DNA of 64,000 nt from an uncultured Methanosarcinales archaeon. GTDB lineage: Archaea > Nanobdellota > Nanobdellia > Woesearchaeales > CAZYIM01. Position 1 is the stretch's first letter. The number at the start of each line of letters is the position of its first letter. The translations under genes and the position numbers were made by a program. A model generated the notes under the pieces. That model had not been told where the DNA came from. It saw nothing but the letters and a program-made list of their open reading frames with translations, and did not search any database. The stretch lies in assembly GCA_964647565.1 (NCBI GenBank), contig CAZYIM010000005.1, positions 1-64,000 on the forward strand, in the 5' to 3' direction. This document shows positions 9,332 to 19,391 of this stretch, in pieces.

Positions 9332-10732
9332 TCAGGCCGGAACTTCACAACCAGTAAGCTGACCTAATCTCTGAAATGTCTGTACTCCAGGATAAGATGC
9401 GCCATCGACATACCAAGTCGGATATCCCGGTATATCAACCTCATCACACAAAGGATTCTGCACTTCAGGAGTCTCCTCTGCTATACACTCTACATGATCC
9501 AGATACTGCAATGCATCTCCAAACAAGTTTTTCTGATCTTTGCAGTGACCACACCAGTAGGCGGTATAAAGGGTTGCACCATTTTCCTTAAGGCACTTGG
9601 CAAACTCTACTACATCCTCTCCAGCTACAACAGGCCCGTCTGGCTGATCGGGTTGATCAGGTTCATCAGGTTCATCAGGTTCATCAGGTTCATCCTCACC
9701 ATCATAAAAAATCTCCACAGTTGTAGCAGCACTAAGCTCAGTGACATACTCATTGAAGGCCTCTACTTGTTTTTCCTGTTTTAGGAAACCCTCAATCATC
9801 TCAGAAGCCTCCTCCAAAGGTATAGTAGATTCAGGAAGCTTCTCAAGGGTCTGTATGATGTGGAAGCCGTATTGTGTCTCAACAGTTTGAATCTCATCTA
9901 CATCCATAGTAAAAGCAGCAGCCTCAAACTCTGGCACCATCTGTCCTTTTGGGAAGGTATATTCACCACAATTAGCCACGCTTCCAGGATCTTCGGAGTA
10001 TTCTGTGACTAAGTCACAGAAATTTGAGAAATCCTCTGCAATCAAAGCCTCAACATCAGCTGCTAATGCTTCAGCTTCTTCTTTAGTTCTCGACTCAAGA
10101 CCTATAAGTATATGTCGGGCTCTTACCTGCTCAGGCTGGACAAAGAACATAGGATTTTCGTCATAAAATGTCTGTATCTCTTCATCAGTAAGCTCAATCA
10201 TAGATGTGATCTCCTGTTCAATAGACTTGTTAAAGAACATATCCTTCTGAATCAATGCCCTAACTTCTTCCATAGTCAATCCCTGAGCCACGAGATTCTG
10301 CTCAAACTGCTCCATAGTCATCATATTTCTCTGAATAAGATCATCGATGGTAGCATCCACTTCAGCAGCAGTCACTTCAATGCCAAGCTCATTAGCCTTC
10401 TGAAGAAGCATAGTTTCATTAATTAAAAGCTGTAATATGGTCATCTTTGAGATCGGAGTGGGCGATGCCGCATTCAAACGCTCATAACGCCAATCAACAT
10501 CAGACATTAAGATTGGCTGACCATTAACAGTGGCTGCAACATCATCACTAGGGCCAGCTTTAAACAAATCTGGCTTAAGGATTGCGACAATAACCACCGC
10601 GATTATAATTATTCCAAGCACCAGCCACAATATCCATGAGATATCAGACTCTTTTTTTTCTTTTTTTGGTGCATGCTTTGCCTTATGTGTAGATTTAGAT
10701 TTCTTTGATTTCTTTTTTACCAAAAATATCAC
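9332..10732 (-). CDS. Membrane-anchored SurA/PrsA-like parvulin PPIase fused to a thioredoxin-like CxxC domain
   Basis: TM anchor; AATVNG, VRARHILI, GQMVPEFEAAAF, ETQYGFHII; C-terminal AYWCGHC...GYPTW. Confidence 0.88.
   Translation of the reverse strand: MIFLVKKKSKKSKSTHKAKHAPKKEKKESDISWILWLVLGIIIIAVVIVAILKPDLFKAGPSDDVAATVNGQPILMSDVDWRYERLNAASPTPISKMTILQLLINETMLLQKANELGIEVTAAEVDATIDDLIQRNMMTMEQFEQNLVAQGLTMEEVRALIQKDMFFNKSIEQEITSMIELTDEEIQTFYDENPMFFVQPEQVRARHILIGLESRTKEEAEALAADVEALIAEDFSNFCDLVTEYSEDPGSVANCGEYTFPKGQMVPEFEAAAFTMDVDEIQTVETQYGFHIIQTLEKLPESTIPLEEASEMIEGFLKQEKQVEAFNEYVTELSAATTVEIFYDGEDEPDEPDEPDEPDQPDQPDGPVVAGEDVVEFAKCLKENGATLYTAYWCGHCKDQKNLFGDALQYLDHVECIAEETPEVQNPLCDEVDIPGYPTWYVDGASYPGVQTFQRLGQLTGCEVPA
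9643..9693 (-). repeat. 9-bp tandem repeat encoding an EPD/QPD linker
   Basis: (tcaggttca)n; protein EPDEPDEPDEPDQPDQPD. Confidence 0.85.
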
Positions 10733-10841
10733 CTCAAACTATCCCAACGAGTATACAGGTTTATAGGGGAAGTATTTATAATTTTTGTTTTTCTGTACCC
10801 ATTCCAATAAATTTTTAAATCCAGAAAAAAGGATAACTCTT

Positions 10842-12164
10842 ATGTATGATATCATCATTGGAAGGGACGAGGAAGATAAAAAAAAGTTCGGCACAGAAGG
10901 AACTATTCTTATTGGAAAACATTATATCAAAATGGGTAGGACCACGACCCTTTCCAACAAGATCTATATGGACATGATCCGTTCTCATGTCGTCTTTATT
11001 TGCGGAAAGAGAGGAAGTGGTAAATCTTATACAATGGGAGTTATTGCAGAAGGAGTTGCTGACCTGCCAACAGAGATAAAACAAAACATCTCAATAATAT
11101 TCCTAGATACTATGGGCGTCTACTGGACCATGAAATATCCCAATAAACAGGATAGGCCATTACTGGATGATTGGGAACTAAAGTCAAAAGGTCTGGATGT
11201 CAAGATATATACTCCCTCAGGCTATCACGAAAGTTTCAAGAAAAAAGGCATACCCAGCGATTTTCCATTTTCTATAAAAGCCTCGGAACTCGATGCGGAT
11301 GACTGGTGTGTAACCTTTGATATTAAAGCCACAGACCCAATCGGAGTTTTTATTGAAAGAATTATCCATGATATGAAAGAAAAACTTGAAGATTTCACAA
11401 TCAAGGATATAATAAATGTCATCAGCAAAGACAAAGAAGCTGAAAACACAGTCAAGAATGCGGCCAAGAACCGCTTCAGGAATGCAACGAACTGGGGACT
11501 ATTCAGCGAAGAGGGTACTCTGCTCAAGGATCTGGCTAAAGGAGGACAGGTTTCTATACTTGATGTTTCTTGCTATGCAACCATGCCAAACTCTTGGAAT
11601 GTCAAGAGCTTGGTAATCGGTCTTATTGCACAAAAACTTTTCATCCAGAGAATGATTGCCAGAAAAAACGAAGAATACCAAGAGATTCACAAAAAGCTTT
11701 CTGTAAGCGAAGATGAAGGATCTAAACAGGAATTTCCGCTGGTGTGGTTGGTTATTGATGAAGCGCACGAATTCCTACCAGTACAAGGTAGCACACTCGC
11801 TTCAAATCCTCTTATAACCATCCTAAGAGAAGGTAGACAACCAGGAATTTCCCTGATATTGGCCAGTCAACAACCAGGCAAGATACACTCAGATGTGATG
11901 ACCCAATCAGACACAGTCATCGCCCACAGGATAACTGCCAAATTGGACACAGAAGCTCTTGGCACATTGATGCAGTCCTACATGAGAGAAGGTTTGGTTG
12001 TACAGCTTGATAATCTTCCAAGAGTTAAGGGCTCTGCCATCATCTTTGATGACACCAATGAACGGATGTATCCGATGAGGATCAGGCCAAGGTTCACATG
12101 GCATGGCGGAAGCGCGCCAACCGCCATACACAAGAAGGATACTTTCTTTGAAGGATTGGAATAA
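10842..12164 (+). CDS. HerA/FtsK-superfamily (DUF87) ATPase
   Basis: GKRGSGKS Walker A, LVIDEAH Walker B, REGRQPG; start moved to the ATG downstream of the TATA. Confidence 0.88.
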   Translation: MYDIIIGRDEEDKKKFGTEGTILIGKHYIKMGRTTTLSNKIYMDMIRSHVVFICGKRGSGKSYTMGVIAEGVADLPTEIKQNISIIFLDTMGVYWTMKYPNKQDRPLLDDWELKSKGLDVKIYTPSGYHESFKKKGIPSDFPFSIKASELDADDWCVTFDIKATDPIGVFIERIIHDMKEKLEDFTIKDIINVISKDKEAENTVKNAAKNRFRNATNWGLFSEEGTLLKDLAKGGQVSILDVSCYATMPNSWNVKSLVIGLIAQKLFIQRMIARKNEEYQEIHKKLSVSEDEGSKQEFPLVWLVIDEAHEFLPVQGSTLASNPLITILREGRQPGISLILASQQPGKIHSDVMTQSDTVIAHRITAKLDTEALGTLMQSYMREGLVVQLDNLPRVKGSAIIFDDTNERMYPMRIRPRFTWHGGSAPTAIHKKDTFFEGLE

Positions 12165-12233
12165 GTCAAATCCGCAATCTTTCCATAATTTCTTGCAACA
12201 AATTTATAAAGAGTTTTACACTCACTAACATCT

Positions 12234-12533
12234 ATGCCATTCAGCAAATCTTATCCTAAGACAACTGACAAAAGCGTCTATCCAAAATGGGAAGAAGTAT
12301 TTCTGAGTGAAGAAGAGGAAAAAGAACAGGAAAAGCTCTGCAGAAAAGAGAATCTAAGACTGATGCAGGAATGCATTGAAGATGCTAAGAAAATCATGAC
12401 AGCAAGAGGACTAAAGGATTACCAGACAGATGTTATTAATATAGCGATTTCTTTGTTTGAAAAAAGAGCAAGCCATCAGGTTTTCTGGAAAGAGACCAAA
12501 GCCAAAGAAAAGTTCGACGAAGGGAACAAATGA
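12234..12533 (+). CDS. Hypothetical protein
   Basis: 99-aa ORF about 25 nt after a TTTATAAA box. Confidence 0.7.
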   Translation: MPFSKSYPKTTDKSVYPKWEEVFLSEEEEKEQEKLCRKENLRLMQECIEDAKKIMTARGLKDYQTDVINIAISLFEKRASHQVFWKETKAKEKFDEGNK

Positions 12534-12601
12534 GTTCTAGTTTAAAGACGTTTAAAGATTATAAGAATAATTTGATTAATTCTATACTATAAATTAAATG
12601 T

Positions 12602-12847
12602 ATGAAAAGAACTGTTGCTGAGCATATTGGCCTAAACAATGAAAAAGAGAAAAAACAAGAGTGCAGGACCTACTTTCTTGATGACTTGCTAGAACAGGAT
12701 CCTAGAAATATCTGCCCTGGTTGTGAAAGTTCAAAAATACGTTCATTGCACATGCATGATCCTGATGCTTACCATTACAAGTGCAGCGATTGCAACCTCC
12801 AATATGAGCTATATCTCTACACCAAAAAAGAGGCGGGGGCGCATTAG
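12602..12847 (+). CDS. Small zinc-ribbon protein
   Basis: CPGC...CSDC. Confidence 0.6.
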   Translation: MKRTVAEHIGLNNEKEKKQECRTYFLDDLLEQDPRNICPGCESSKIRSLHMHDPDAYHYKCSDCNLQYELYLYTKKEAGAH

Positions 12848-12893
12848 AAATGATCCCAGCTATTCATTAGAAGCCGAAAAAATGGCCTGATGA

Positions 12894-13433
12894 TCAATCA
12901 TGAGAAAACATGGATCGTAAGGTTCTGCCAGTAAAATCATCATAAAAAAATGCTTTCATCGGATTACCCGGATATGCACGCTTAAGAGCCCACAGTATCT
13001 GCTGATTGCCGTGTTTTTCGAAAGGATTTGTCAGGTTTTCGAACACATTCTACCAGGATTCTGAAACATTTTTGGGTGTTTCTGTAATCTCTCTAAATGT
13101 TCTATCCTCTTTCCAGAAATAGGTAACAAAGGCAGCTGTGCATTGGTGGTGATCAGTACCAGAAGTGATAACTGCCCAAGGCAAATAGAGTTCATTGGCA
13201 ATATCTGCAAGACCAAAACCAAGCTTCCCGGGTTGGTCGCCCTCTTTTTTTGGAAGCTCAAGATCAAAGATTGCAAAATCATATTCTTTGGACCTAAGCA
13301 GTTCTTCTCCAGCAGAGTAAGTCTCAGCGATATCTACGGGCTGATCAACTCTGTTAAAATATTCAAGCGCCGCTTTAATATTCTCTTCCCTGTCCTCGAC
13401 AATAAGCATTCTGAATTGATCCATTTTAATCAT
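12894..13433 (-). pseudogene. Response-regulator receiver protein with in-frame TAG at 13050-13052 (127 aa, or 179 aa if read through)
   Basis: LIVEDR, AIFDLELP, VITS, PK; frame stays open 51 codons past the TAG to TGA at 12894. Confidence 0.65.
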
Positions 13434-13911
13434 TTCTTTCAGCTGTATAAATTAACTTATGGAAACCACCTTTAGGCAGAGTAAAATAATTCTGGCCGCT
13501 CAGCAGCTCAGGAATCTTTCTTGTCAGTTCATAATGAGTCACTATGATAACTCCCTTTACCTGTTCGTTCAAATTATCAAGCTCCTGTTTCATCTGTTCT
13601 GCTTTTTCTGTTGATCCCGACCAATTCTGGGATGCAAGATATTGCTTAATCAAGATTCCATCAATACCTTTACCAAGCTTTCCAGCAATCAACTCTGCAG
13701 ATTCAATAGTCCGAATTTTTGGAGAGCTGTAAATTTTAATTTCTGAATTCATTATACCTTCTCGGATAAGTTCAGACTCAATTATCCTGGCATTTAGCCT
13801 AATGAAGGTTTTACCTTCATTATTCAGGTCCCCAGAACCCTTATCATACTCTCCATGCCTAACAATATATGTCAACAGGCTATCTGCCATCTTATTCACC
13901 GTTTTAAACAT
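13426..13911 (-). CDS. Histidine phosphatase family protein (SixA-like)
   Basis: IVRHGE, SSPKIRTIESA, IVTH. Confidence 0.88.
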   Translation of the reverse strand: MFKTVNKMADSLLTYIVRHGEYDKGSGDLNNEGKTFIRLNARIIESELIREGIMNSEIKIYSSPKIRTIESAELIAGKLGKGIDGILIKQYLASQNWSGSTEKAEQMKQELDNLNEQVKGVIIVTHYELTRKIPELLSGQNYFTLPKGGFHKLIYTAERND

Positions 13912-14959
13912 TGAAGAATCTTACTTCTCGCCTACCAAGATCTACGACTAGTTCTGATATGTCTCCAAACCTATAGTTGAACTCCTTGTATATCTCAGGA
14001 GCTACCTGACTCTTCTGGAACTCAAGCCGACCTCCCCAATCTCCAAGACCAGAGTAAGGCATACCGGAGTAGAGCACTGTAAGAGCCTCCAGATTGTCTC
14101 TGCCATTATAGACACCTTTAAAAGTGTGGACATTCTGGCCGTTTTTCTCTTCCTCTTCATGTATCTTCGCCCCACCCATGAAACAAGCGATAAGCAACTC
14201 ACCCATGTTAGAGTCCTTCTTTACTTTACCATTGATTCGAGTCAAACCAAGTGGAAAAGCTGGATGTATGACATAGTCGTGTCCGTGTTTCTTTTTCATT
14301 TCATCAGGATTTTTAGCTTCTCCCAATCCTATAGAGCTATCCTTGTTGTTATTCAGATACTCAACTAGCTGCTCTTTGGTAGCTTCTAAAGGCAATCCTT
14401 TGAAAAAATCCTTACTCTCTGTTTTTTCTGCAGCCTCTCTGATCTCTTTCAGATAGTCTTTGAATTTGCTGTTTTTGTTGCTAAAAAGATAGATTTTTTG
14501 GGTTCCTCTCCAGAACATGTTCTTGTATGTACAAACACAGATGCCCCCCTTTATCTGGTCGTACATGTCTGCAGATCCTGAATGGTTCAAGGTAAGGTAT
14601 GAAGGATACCTACCATCTGTAATCTCGTTAAAAAAATCATCCAGATCGTCTTTTCCAAAATATTCATTATGCTTTTTCTCCATAGCCTTCACTTTATCTT
14701 TTAGCTTCTCTGCCATATCTTCCCTGCTTCCCATCGAGTGAAGAGGACCAATTAGCTTCTCAATAAGCTGAGCAGCCCTTGCATGATGTCCTTGATCATC
14801 TGATGTCAGATAACTATTAAGTTTTTTCAGATCAGATATCTCTTCTAACATCTGTTCCATTTCAGGCATAAGGCTGTCAAGATGCCTTATCTTCACTTGG
14901 AAGCCAAGTTGTTTGTCATGAATGATCTCATCTGTATATTTTATGTTCATATTTCTCAC
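13904..14959 (-). CDS. Hypothetical protein
   Basis: 351-aa ORF coupled to neighbours by short overlap/spacing. Confidence 0.75.
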   Translation of the reverse strand: MRNMNIKYTDEIIHDKQLGFQVKIRHLDSLMPEMEQMLEEISDLKKLNSYLTSDDQGHHARAAQLIEKLIGPLHSMGSREDMAEKLKDKVKAMEKKHNEYFGKDDLDDFFNEITDGRYPSYLTLNHSGSADMYDQIKGGICVCTYKNMFWRGTQKIYLFSNKNSKFKDYLKEIREAAEKTESKDFFKGLPLEATKEQLVEYLNNNKDSSIGLGEAKNPDEMKKKHGHDYVIHPAFPLGLTRINGKVKKDSNMGELLIACFMGGAKIHEEEEKNGQNVHTFKGVYNGRDNLEALTVLYSGMPYSGLGDWGGRLEFQKSQVAPEIYKEFNYRFGDISELVVDLGRREVRFFNV

Positions 14960-14963
14960 CTTT

Positions 14964-16358
14964 TTAATTCAGATATTGCAACAGCATCTCTGAAGCTTTC
15001 ATGTCTATTTTCTTGCCATGTTTCATATCATACTGATAAGCACAATCTCTACTCAGGGATTCTGTCTTTTGAGGTGTGATCTTGTAGGCCACCCACTCAA
15101 ATTGCTTTCCTCGTGAAGCACTATGGTCTATCTGTGCTTTTACAATAACAACGCCTATTCCTTGATCTGCTCTGACTACCTCATCAGCTATTGTTGACTC
15201 TTGATAGGGAACTAACCGGCCTGAGGGACCTGCCCCTCGGGAAAAGGTAACACCTTCAACGCCCCACATGCTAATGTAATCTGCCATTAGTGCATTTTCT
15301 TTGTAATGCTGCTTGAGAAGTCGCACTTTTTCCTCTTCAAAATGCTTGAGATATTCTTTCTGAGCCTTTTTATCAAGAGAAGGTTTGACTTTCTTTTGCT
15401 TTTTCTGTGCAAGATCAAAGCTTACCGAGTATTCATAATCATTGCTCTTCAACTTCACTGTCAAATTGGTCTTGTGGATCTTCTCTATCTCTGCAGTTTT
15501 AAACCTAAGATGCCAAGCATCACCACTAGAGGAATATGCATCCCTATACTTAAAGTACTGGCTCTTGGTTTTCCCATCTCTAAATACAACTGCATTTATT
15601 CCATATTCACAACCTGCAGATCCAGAGTCCCACCACCTATCCAAGAGGATTATACCTATCCCTTGTTCATGATTTGCTAACGCAAAAGATACATTATTGT
15701 GAGAATCCCCAGAATTCTTCATTAATTCTATAAAGTCCGGCATCTCTTTTTCAACTAATTCATAGTCTGAATCAGATCTATCTAACTTATTATATGCCCA
15801 GCAGTTCTCTGATTTCTGCTTAAGTTCGGATTTCAGCTCTTCAATTGCGAGCTGTTTTTTGCGGATCAGGTTTTCAAGATTCACAACTTTCTTTTTATCA
15901 CTAGGCTCAACTAACTGTTCCCTTGCATTTTCAAAGACTTCACTTGGAATACGATAACATCTATCACCAACAAATTCAACATAATCTTCTAACTTGAATC
16001 TATGAACATTTCGTTCACCTTCATGACAGCTTCCACAACTGGTCGGATTCTTGTATGAACCAAATCCTCCGCAGCTGCGCAAAATACCCGCTCTGTTTAG
16101 GAATTTTCCAACAATAAGTTTCTCCTCATCAGATCCTGCTTTGAGTTTATTCACTATCTCTTCTTCTTTTGCTTGCAACTCCTCTCTTTTGTCAGAATAG
16201 AATTCTCCAAGAAACCTCTTTGAGATCATCTCATCAAGATAGCTTTTAATGTTGGATTTTTTCTTACTAAGTTTTTCAAGGGTTTCTTCTCTCCCTTTGA
16301 TACGTTTTTCTAGATTTTTTATTTCATTGTTTAATTTTTTTTGTTTCATTTCATTCAC
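14964..16358 (-). CDS. Hypothetical protein: N-terminal coiled coil, Cys motif, beta-rich C-terminal half
   Basis: Heptad-rich N-terminus; SCGG...SCGSCH; GAGGTGA SD. Confidence 0.75.
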   Translation of the reverse strand: MNEMKQKKLNNEIKNLEKRIKGREETLEKLSKKKSNIKSYLDEMISKRFLGEFYSDKREELQAKEEEIVNKLKAGSDEEKLIVGKFLNRAGILRSCGGFGSYKNPTSCGSCHEGERNVHRFKLEDYVEFVGDRCYRIPSEVFENAREQLVEPSDKKKVVNLENLIRKKQLAIEELKSELKQKSENCWAYNKLDRSDSDYELVEKEMPDFIELMKNSGDSHNNVSFALANHEQGIGIILLDRWWDSGSAGCEYGINAVVFRDGKTKSQYFKYRDAYSSSGDAWHLRFKTAEIEKIHKTNLTVKLKSNDYEYSVSFDLAQKKQKKVKPSLDKKAQKEYLKHFEEEKVRLLKQHYKENALMADYISMWGVEGVTFSRGAGPSGRLVPYQESTIADEVVRADQGIGVVIVKAQIDHSASRGKQFEWVAYKITPQKTESLSRDCAYQYDMKHGKKIDMKASEMLLQYLN

Positions 16359-16370
16359 CTCTTAAGTTAC

Positions 16371-16432
16371 TACTTTAAAGTAAATATTTCTAATTATTAA
16401 TATCTTTTCACTATTAAAGATAGTGAAGATAT
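16371..16432. promoter_or_regulatory. Palindromic operator(s) between divergent genes
   Basis: TACTTTAAAGTA perfect palindrome at 16371-16382; ATATCTT(T)TCACTAT-taaag-ATAGTGAAGATAT inverted repeat at 16400-16432. Confidence 0.6.
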
Positions 16433-16476
16433 CTTTTTTCAATAACTTTAAAAATAAAAGAGTTTAACTATATCAC

Positions 16477-17385
16477 ATGAAAAGAAAACTTATCAAACAA
16501 GGTGGCACCGGATTGACTTTTTATGTTCCTAAGAAATGGATAGATAAAAAAGGCCTAAAACCCGGTGACGAGATAGAAATCACAGAGATCAAAGATAACC
16601 TATTACTCTCTGCTACAGAGATCGAAAAAGAACAGATGACTATAACTCTCGAGATAAAGAAGTCCCGAGAAAGCTCTATCAGGACCCTACTTGTCAATGC
16701 ATACAGGGCTGGTTTTGATAAGATAACAGCCCATTTTCCAGGCAATATAAAAATCATTAACAAAATCATAGACAACCATCTTATAGGTTTTGAAATCTTC
16801 AAGAAAAATAAAGATATCTTCCTGCTTGAGAGTGTTTCTGAACCGAATTATGATAATTTCAAGAACATGATGCATAAACAACTCTATCTGATATCCGAAA
16901 TACTCAGTAACATAGTAAATCCTGAAATTAGTCTTCTTGTCAACAAGGTACAAAGATATGATAACTTCCTGAAGAGATGTATCTCAAAAAAGTTTTTTTC
17001 TCAGCCAGGCGCAGAATTTCTCTGGCAATTTCTCAGTCACATCAACCAGATATCAAGGCTATGCCTCCATTTCCACACGCATCTAATAAAGAAAAAACTC
17101 AAGCTAAGCAAAGATGCAGATGGTATGATCCACGAAATACAGTATATGTTTGATGTTCTGAAAACAGCCTATCTGAAGCATGAGGCTCACGCATTGCACA
17201 AGTTGCATGAAACAGAACAGCTAATTGTCTACGAACAAGGACCTAAACTGTTGAAAAAAAAAGATCCTTTTGTGATCTGCCATATTATGATGATAGCTAA
17301 ACAGATTTATCTTGCCAACAGTCCGTTAACAGGATTTATAGAAATGAAATCGTTTAAAGAAAGATCTAATGAAGACACTCTCTAA
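16477..17385 (+). CDS. AbrB/MazE DNA-binding domain plus PhoU-like regulator
   Basis: MKRKLIKQGGTGLTFYVPKKWI...GDEI; LVNAYRAGFDKI. Confidence 0.85.
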   Translation: MKRKLIKQGGTGLTFYVPKKWIDKKGLKPGDEIEITEIKDNLLLSATEIEKEQMTITLEIKKSRESSIRTLLVNAYRAGFDKITAHFPGNIKIINKIIDNHLIGFEIFKKNKDIFLLESVSEPNYDNFKNMMHKQLYLISEILSNIVNPEISLLVNKVQRYDNFLKRCISKKFFSQPGAEFLWQFLSHINQISRLCLHFHTHLIKKKLKLSKDADGMIHEIQYMFDVLKTAYLKHEAHALHKLHETEQLIVYEQGPKLLKKKDPFVICHIMMIAKQIYLANSPLTGFIEMKSFKERSNEDTL

Positions 17386-19183
17386 GCTTGTTAAGATACT
17401 TCTTTGCTTCCTGATTACAGTTTCTAGATAGTTTTGAGGACATAGTCCTCACCAGATTAATATAGCTAAGGGGATTTACCCTATTTTTCAAAACCAGGAT
17501 ATTTTTTTCATTCAGCTCAAAATTATTGCCTTTTTCTTGCTCTAAAACATTACAGGCATAGGCATACAGAGGAACATAAAAGCTATTATTTTCAGATTCA
17601 AGTCTTGAAAGATCAAAAGCAACAGGTCCTGGTCTGGCAAATTCAAAATCACCCACGGGTCTAATTATTTTTCCATCAGAATCCGGAAATAAGTTCTCCC
17701 TTCTGGAATCAAAATATAGGAGACTCATGCTGGCATCATCTTTTCCAGCTTCAAAATAATCCATAACAGCCTTGTGATAGTTCTCTGCCTGTTCAGATAA
17801 CTGCTCTAATAATCCCTTATCAGTTGTATTCCCTGCGCGCTCTACAAGATGTTTGAATGGCAGTACAATCGGACTTTTATCACTCGCATATATCTCTTTA
17901 TCCATGTACGTTTTCATAAATGTGTGGGCAATCGCTCTGTTGAATACATCAATAGCAAAGGGATCGAGCAACAATTGATCTTGATCCATATTATTTACAG
18001 ATGCAAAGTCAGTCAGGGTCTGGCTTCTTTTTTGCATATAAATTTCAACAGCCTTAAGATAGCCGGGAAACTGGTTTTCAATAAGCCAACCAGGATTCTC
18101 AGTTCCATAAGTAAGCAATACAGCCAAGCCATCCTCTATTGCAACTCCCAGCAGTTTAGGGATTATGGGTCGCATCAAAACATGCTTCCAAGCGTCTGTA
18201 TAGAACTCAGCTTCTTTTTTTATTCGTCCAATAGAATCACTCCCTTTAGCATATACAAGCAAATCATCTACAACGAACTTAGTGACAAAACCAGAATTAG
18301 TCTTTTCTGTTTCTTTCCTGAATTGTGAAATAGGCTTGTCAAGTGAATTGATTATGATCTCTAAAGCATGAGTATTCTTTTCAGGAAACATCTTCTCAAT
18401 CTGTGATCCTAGTGACTCTGTCGCCGCACTATTTATCAAACCAAGTTCTTTGGCATTTACAACAATATCTTTTTCCCAAGATGTTCCACTATAGCTACCA
18501 CCGCTCCTTACTTTTATTGAAAAAGAACCATTGGTTTCAACTATGTCCTCCAAATGGATATAATCTTTTGTATCTCTTGAGTTCAGTAGCTCTTTATATT
18601 TCAACTCTCCGCGATCATCTTTCCACACTATATATACTGTATTGAAGCCATAGTTGGATCCATTCTCTGTATCATAGATCACGGCAGCAATATCTCTTTT
18701 ACCAAATTGTTTAATGGCCTTCACATAATCAGAATCACTTAATTTGGGTGCCATACTCTGGATCAACTGTTTGGCAGCTTCAAGAAAATCCTTTGGCTCT
18801 TCTTCGGATTTATTTCTTTCTTGAAATGGCGTAATAAGTGAACCATGTACGCCCTCAAAATATACCATGTTGAACCTGTTAAGTACTTGGTTGGTCTTTT
18901 CGGGATCCTTAATGGCATAAACATTCATGTTTTGCAGATAGTTGTCTATCGTGCTTGTGTGAAGGGTATTCATTTCTTTAAAAATTCTTGCCCCCTCTTC
19001 GAGTGTTAGATCGTCTTCTCGTATAATCCTCGCATAGGAAGTCATTTGTTCTATGGCTTCTTCAAGTATATGAGTCGGATCAGTCGCATTAACTTTTTTA
19101 TCAGGATGTTTATCCTGTAACTCCTCAGCCATTTTAGCTGTGGCAATTGCCAACAATGTGCCCTCTTCAAACATGCTCATCAT
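17366..19183 (-). CDS. Multidomain protein with C-terminal aminoglycoside/choline-kinase-like phosphotransferase domain
   Basis: VYAKG..KKEAEFY..IPKLLG N-lobe; YFDSRRENL, VGDFEFA.PG..FDL; start moved to ATG after GGGGGTG SD. Confidence 0.65.
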   Translation of the reverse strand: MMSMFEEGTLLAIATAKMAEELQDKHPDKKVNATDPTHILEEAIEQMTSYARIIREDDLTLEEGARIFKEMNTLHTSTIDNYLQNMNVYAIKDPEKTNQVLNRFNMVYFEGVHGSLITPFQERNKSEEEPKDFLEAAKQLIQSMAPKLSDSDYVKAIKQFGKRDIAAVIYDTENGSNYGFNTVYIVWKDDRGELKYKELLNSRDTKDYIHLEDIVETNGSFSIKVRSGGSYSGTSWEKDIVVNAKELGLINSAATESLGSQIEKMFPEKNTHALEIIINSLDKPISQFRKETEKTNSGFVTKFVVDDLLVYAKGSDSIGRIKKEAEFYTDAWKHVLMRPIIPKLLGVAIEDGLAVLLTYGTENPGWLIENQFPGYLKAVEIYMQKRSQTLTDFASVNNMDQDQLLLDPFAIDVFNRAIAHTFMKTYMDKEIYASDKSPIVLPFKHLVERAGNTTDKGLLEQLSEQAENYHKAVMDYFEAGKDDASMSLLYFDSRRENLFPDSDGKIIRPVGDFEFARPGPVAFDLSRLESENNSFYVPLYAYACNVLEQEKGNNFELNEKNILVLKNRVNPLSYINLVRTMSSKLSRNCNQEAKKYLNKLRECLH

Positions 19184-19319
19184 CAACACCCCCTTCAACA
19201 ATTTGGTTAAAACAGTGTTCAAAAGCATGAGATCGATTCTTGAATCTACCCTTTCGAATGCCTTCTCTGACCTTTAGAATAGTATCTTCATCAACAGCAA
19301 TACAAACACGGTATTTCAT
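19167..19319 (-). CDS. Small ribbon-helix-helix (CopG/Arc-like) DNA-binding protein, absent from the ORF track
   Basis: MKYRVCIAVDEDTILKVREGIRKGRFKNRSHAFEHCFNQIVEGGVDDEHV; alternating beta strand plus F-x-N-R-S helix start; ATG about 25 nt after TATA. Confidence 0.75.
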   Translation of the reverse strand: MKYRVCIAVDEDTILKVREGIRKGRFKNRSHAFEHCFNQIVEGGVDDEHV

Positions 19320-19391
19320 GTATATTATAGAGTATTACTAATATATAAATCTTTCGGTTTTTCACCACTATAAAGTGATAAAAAATGAAAA

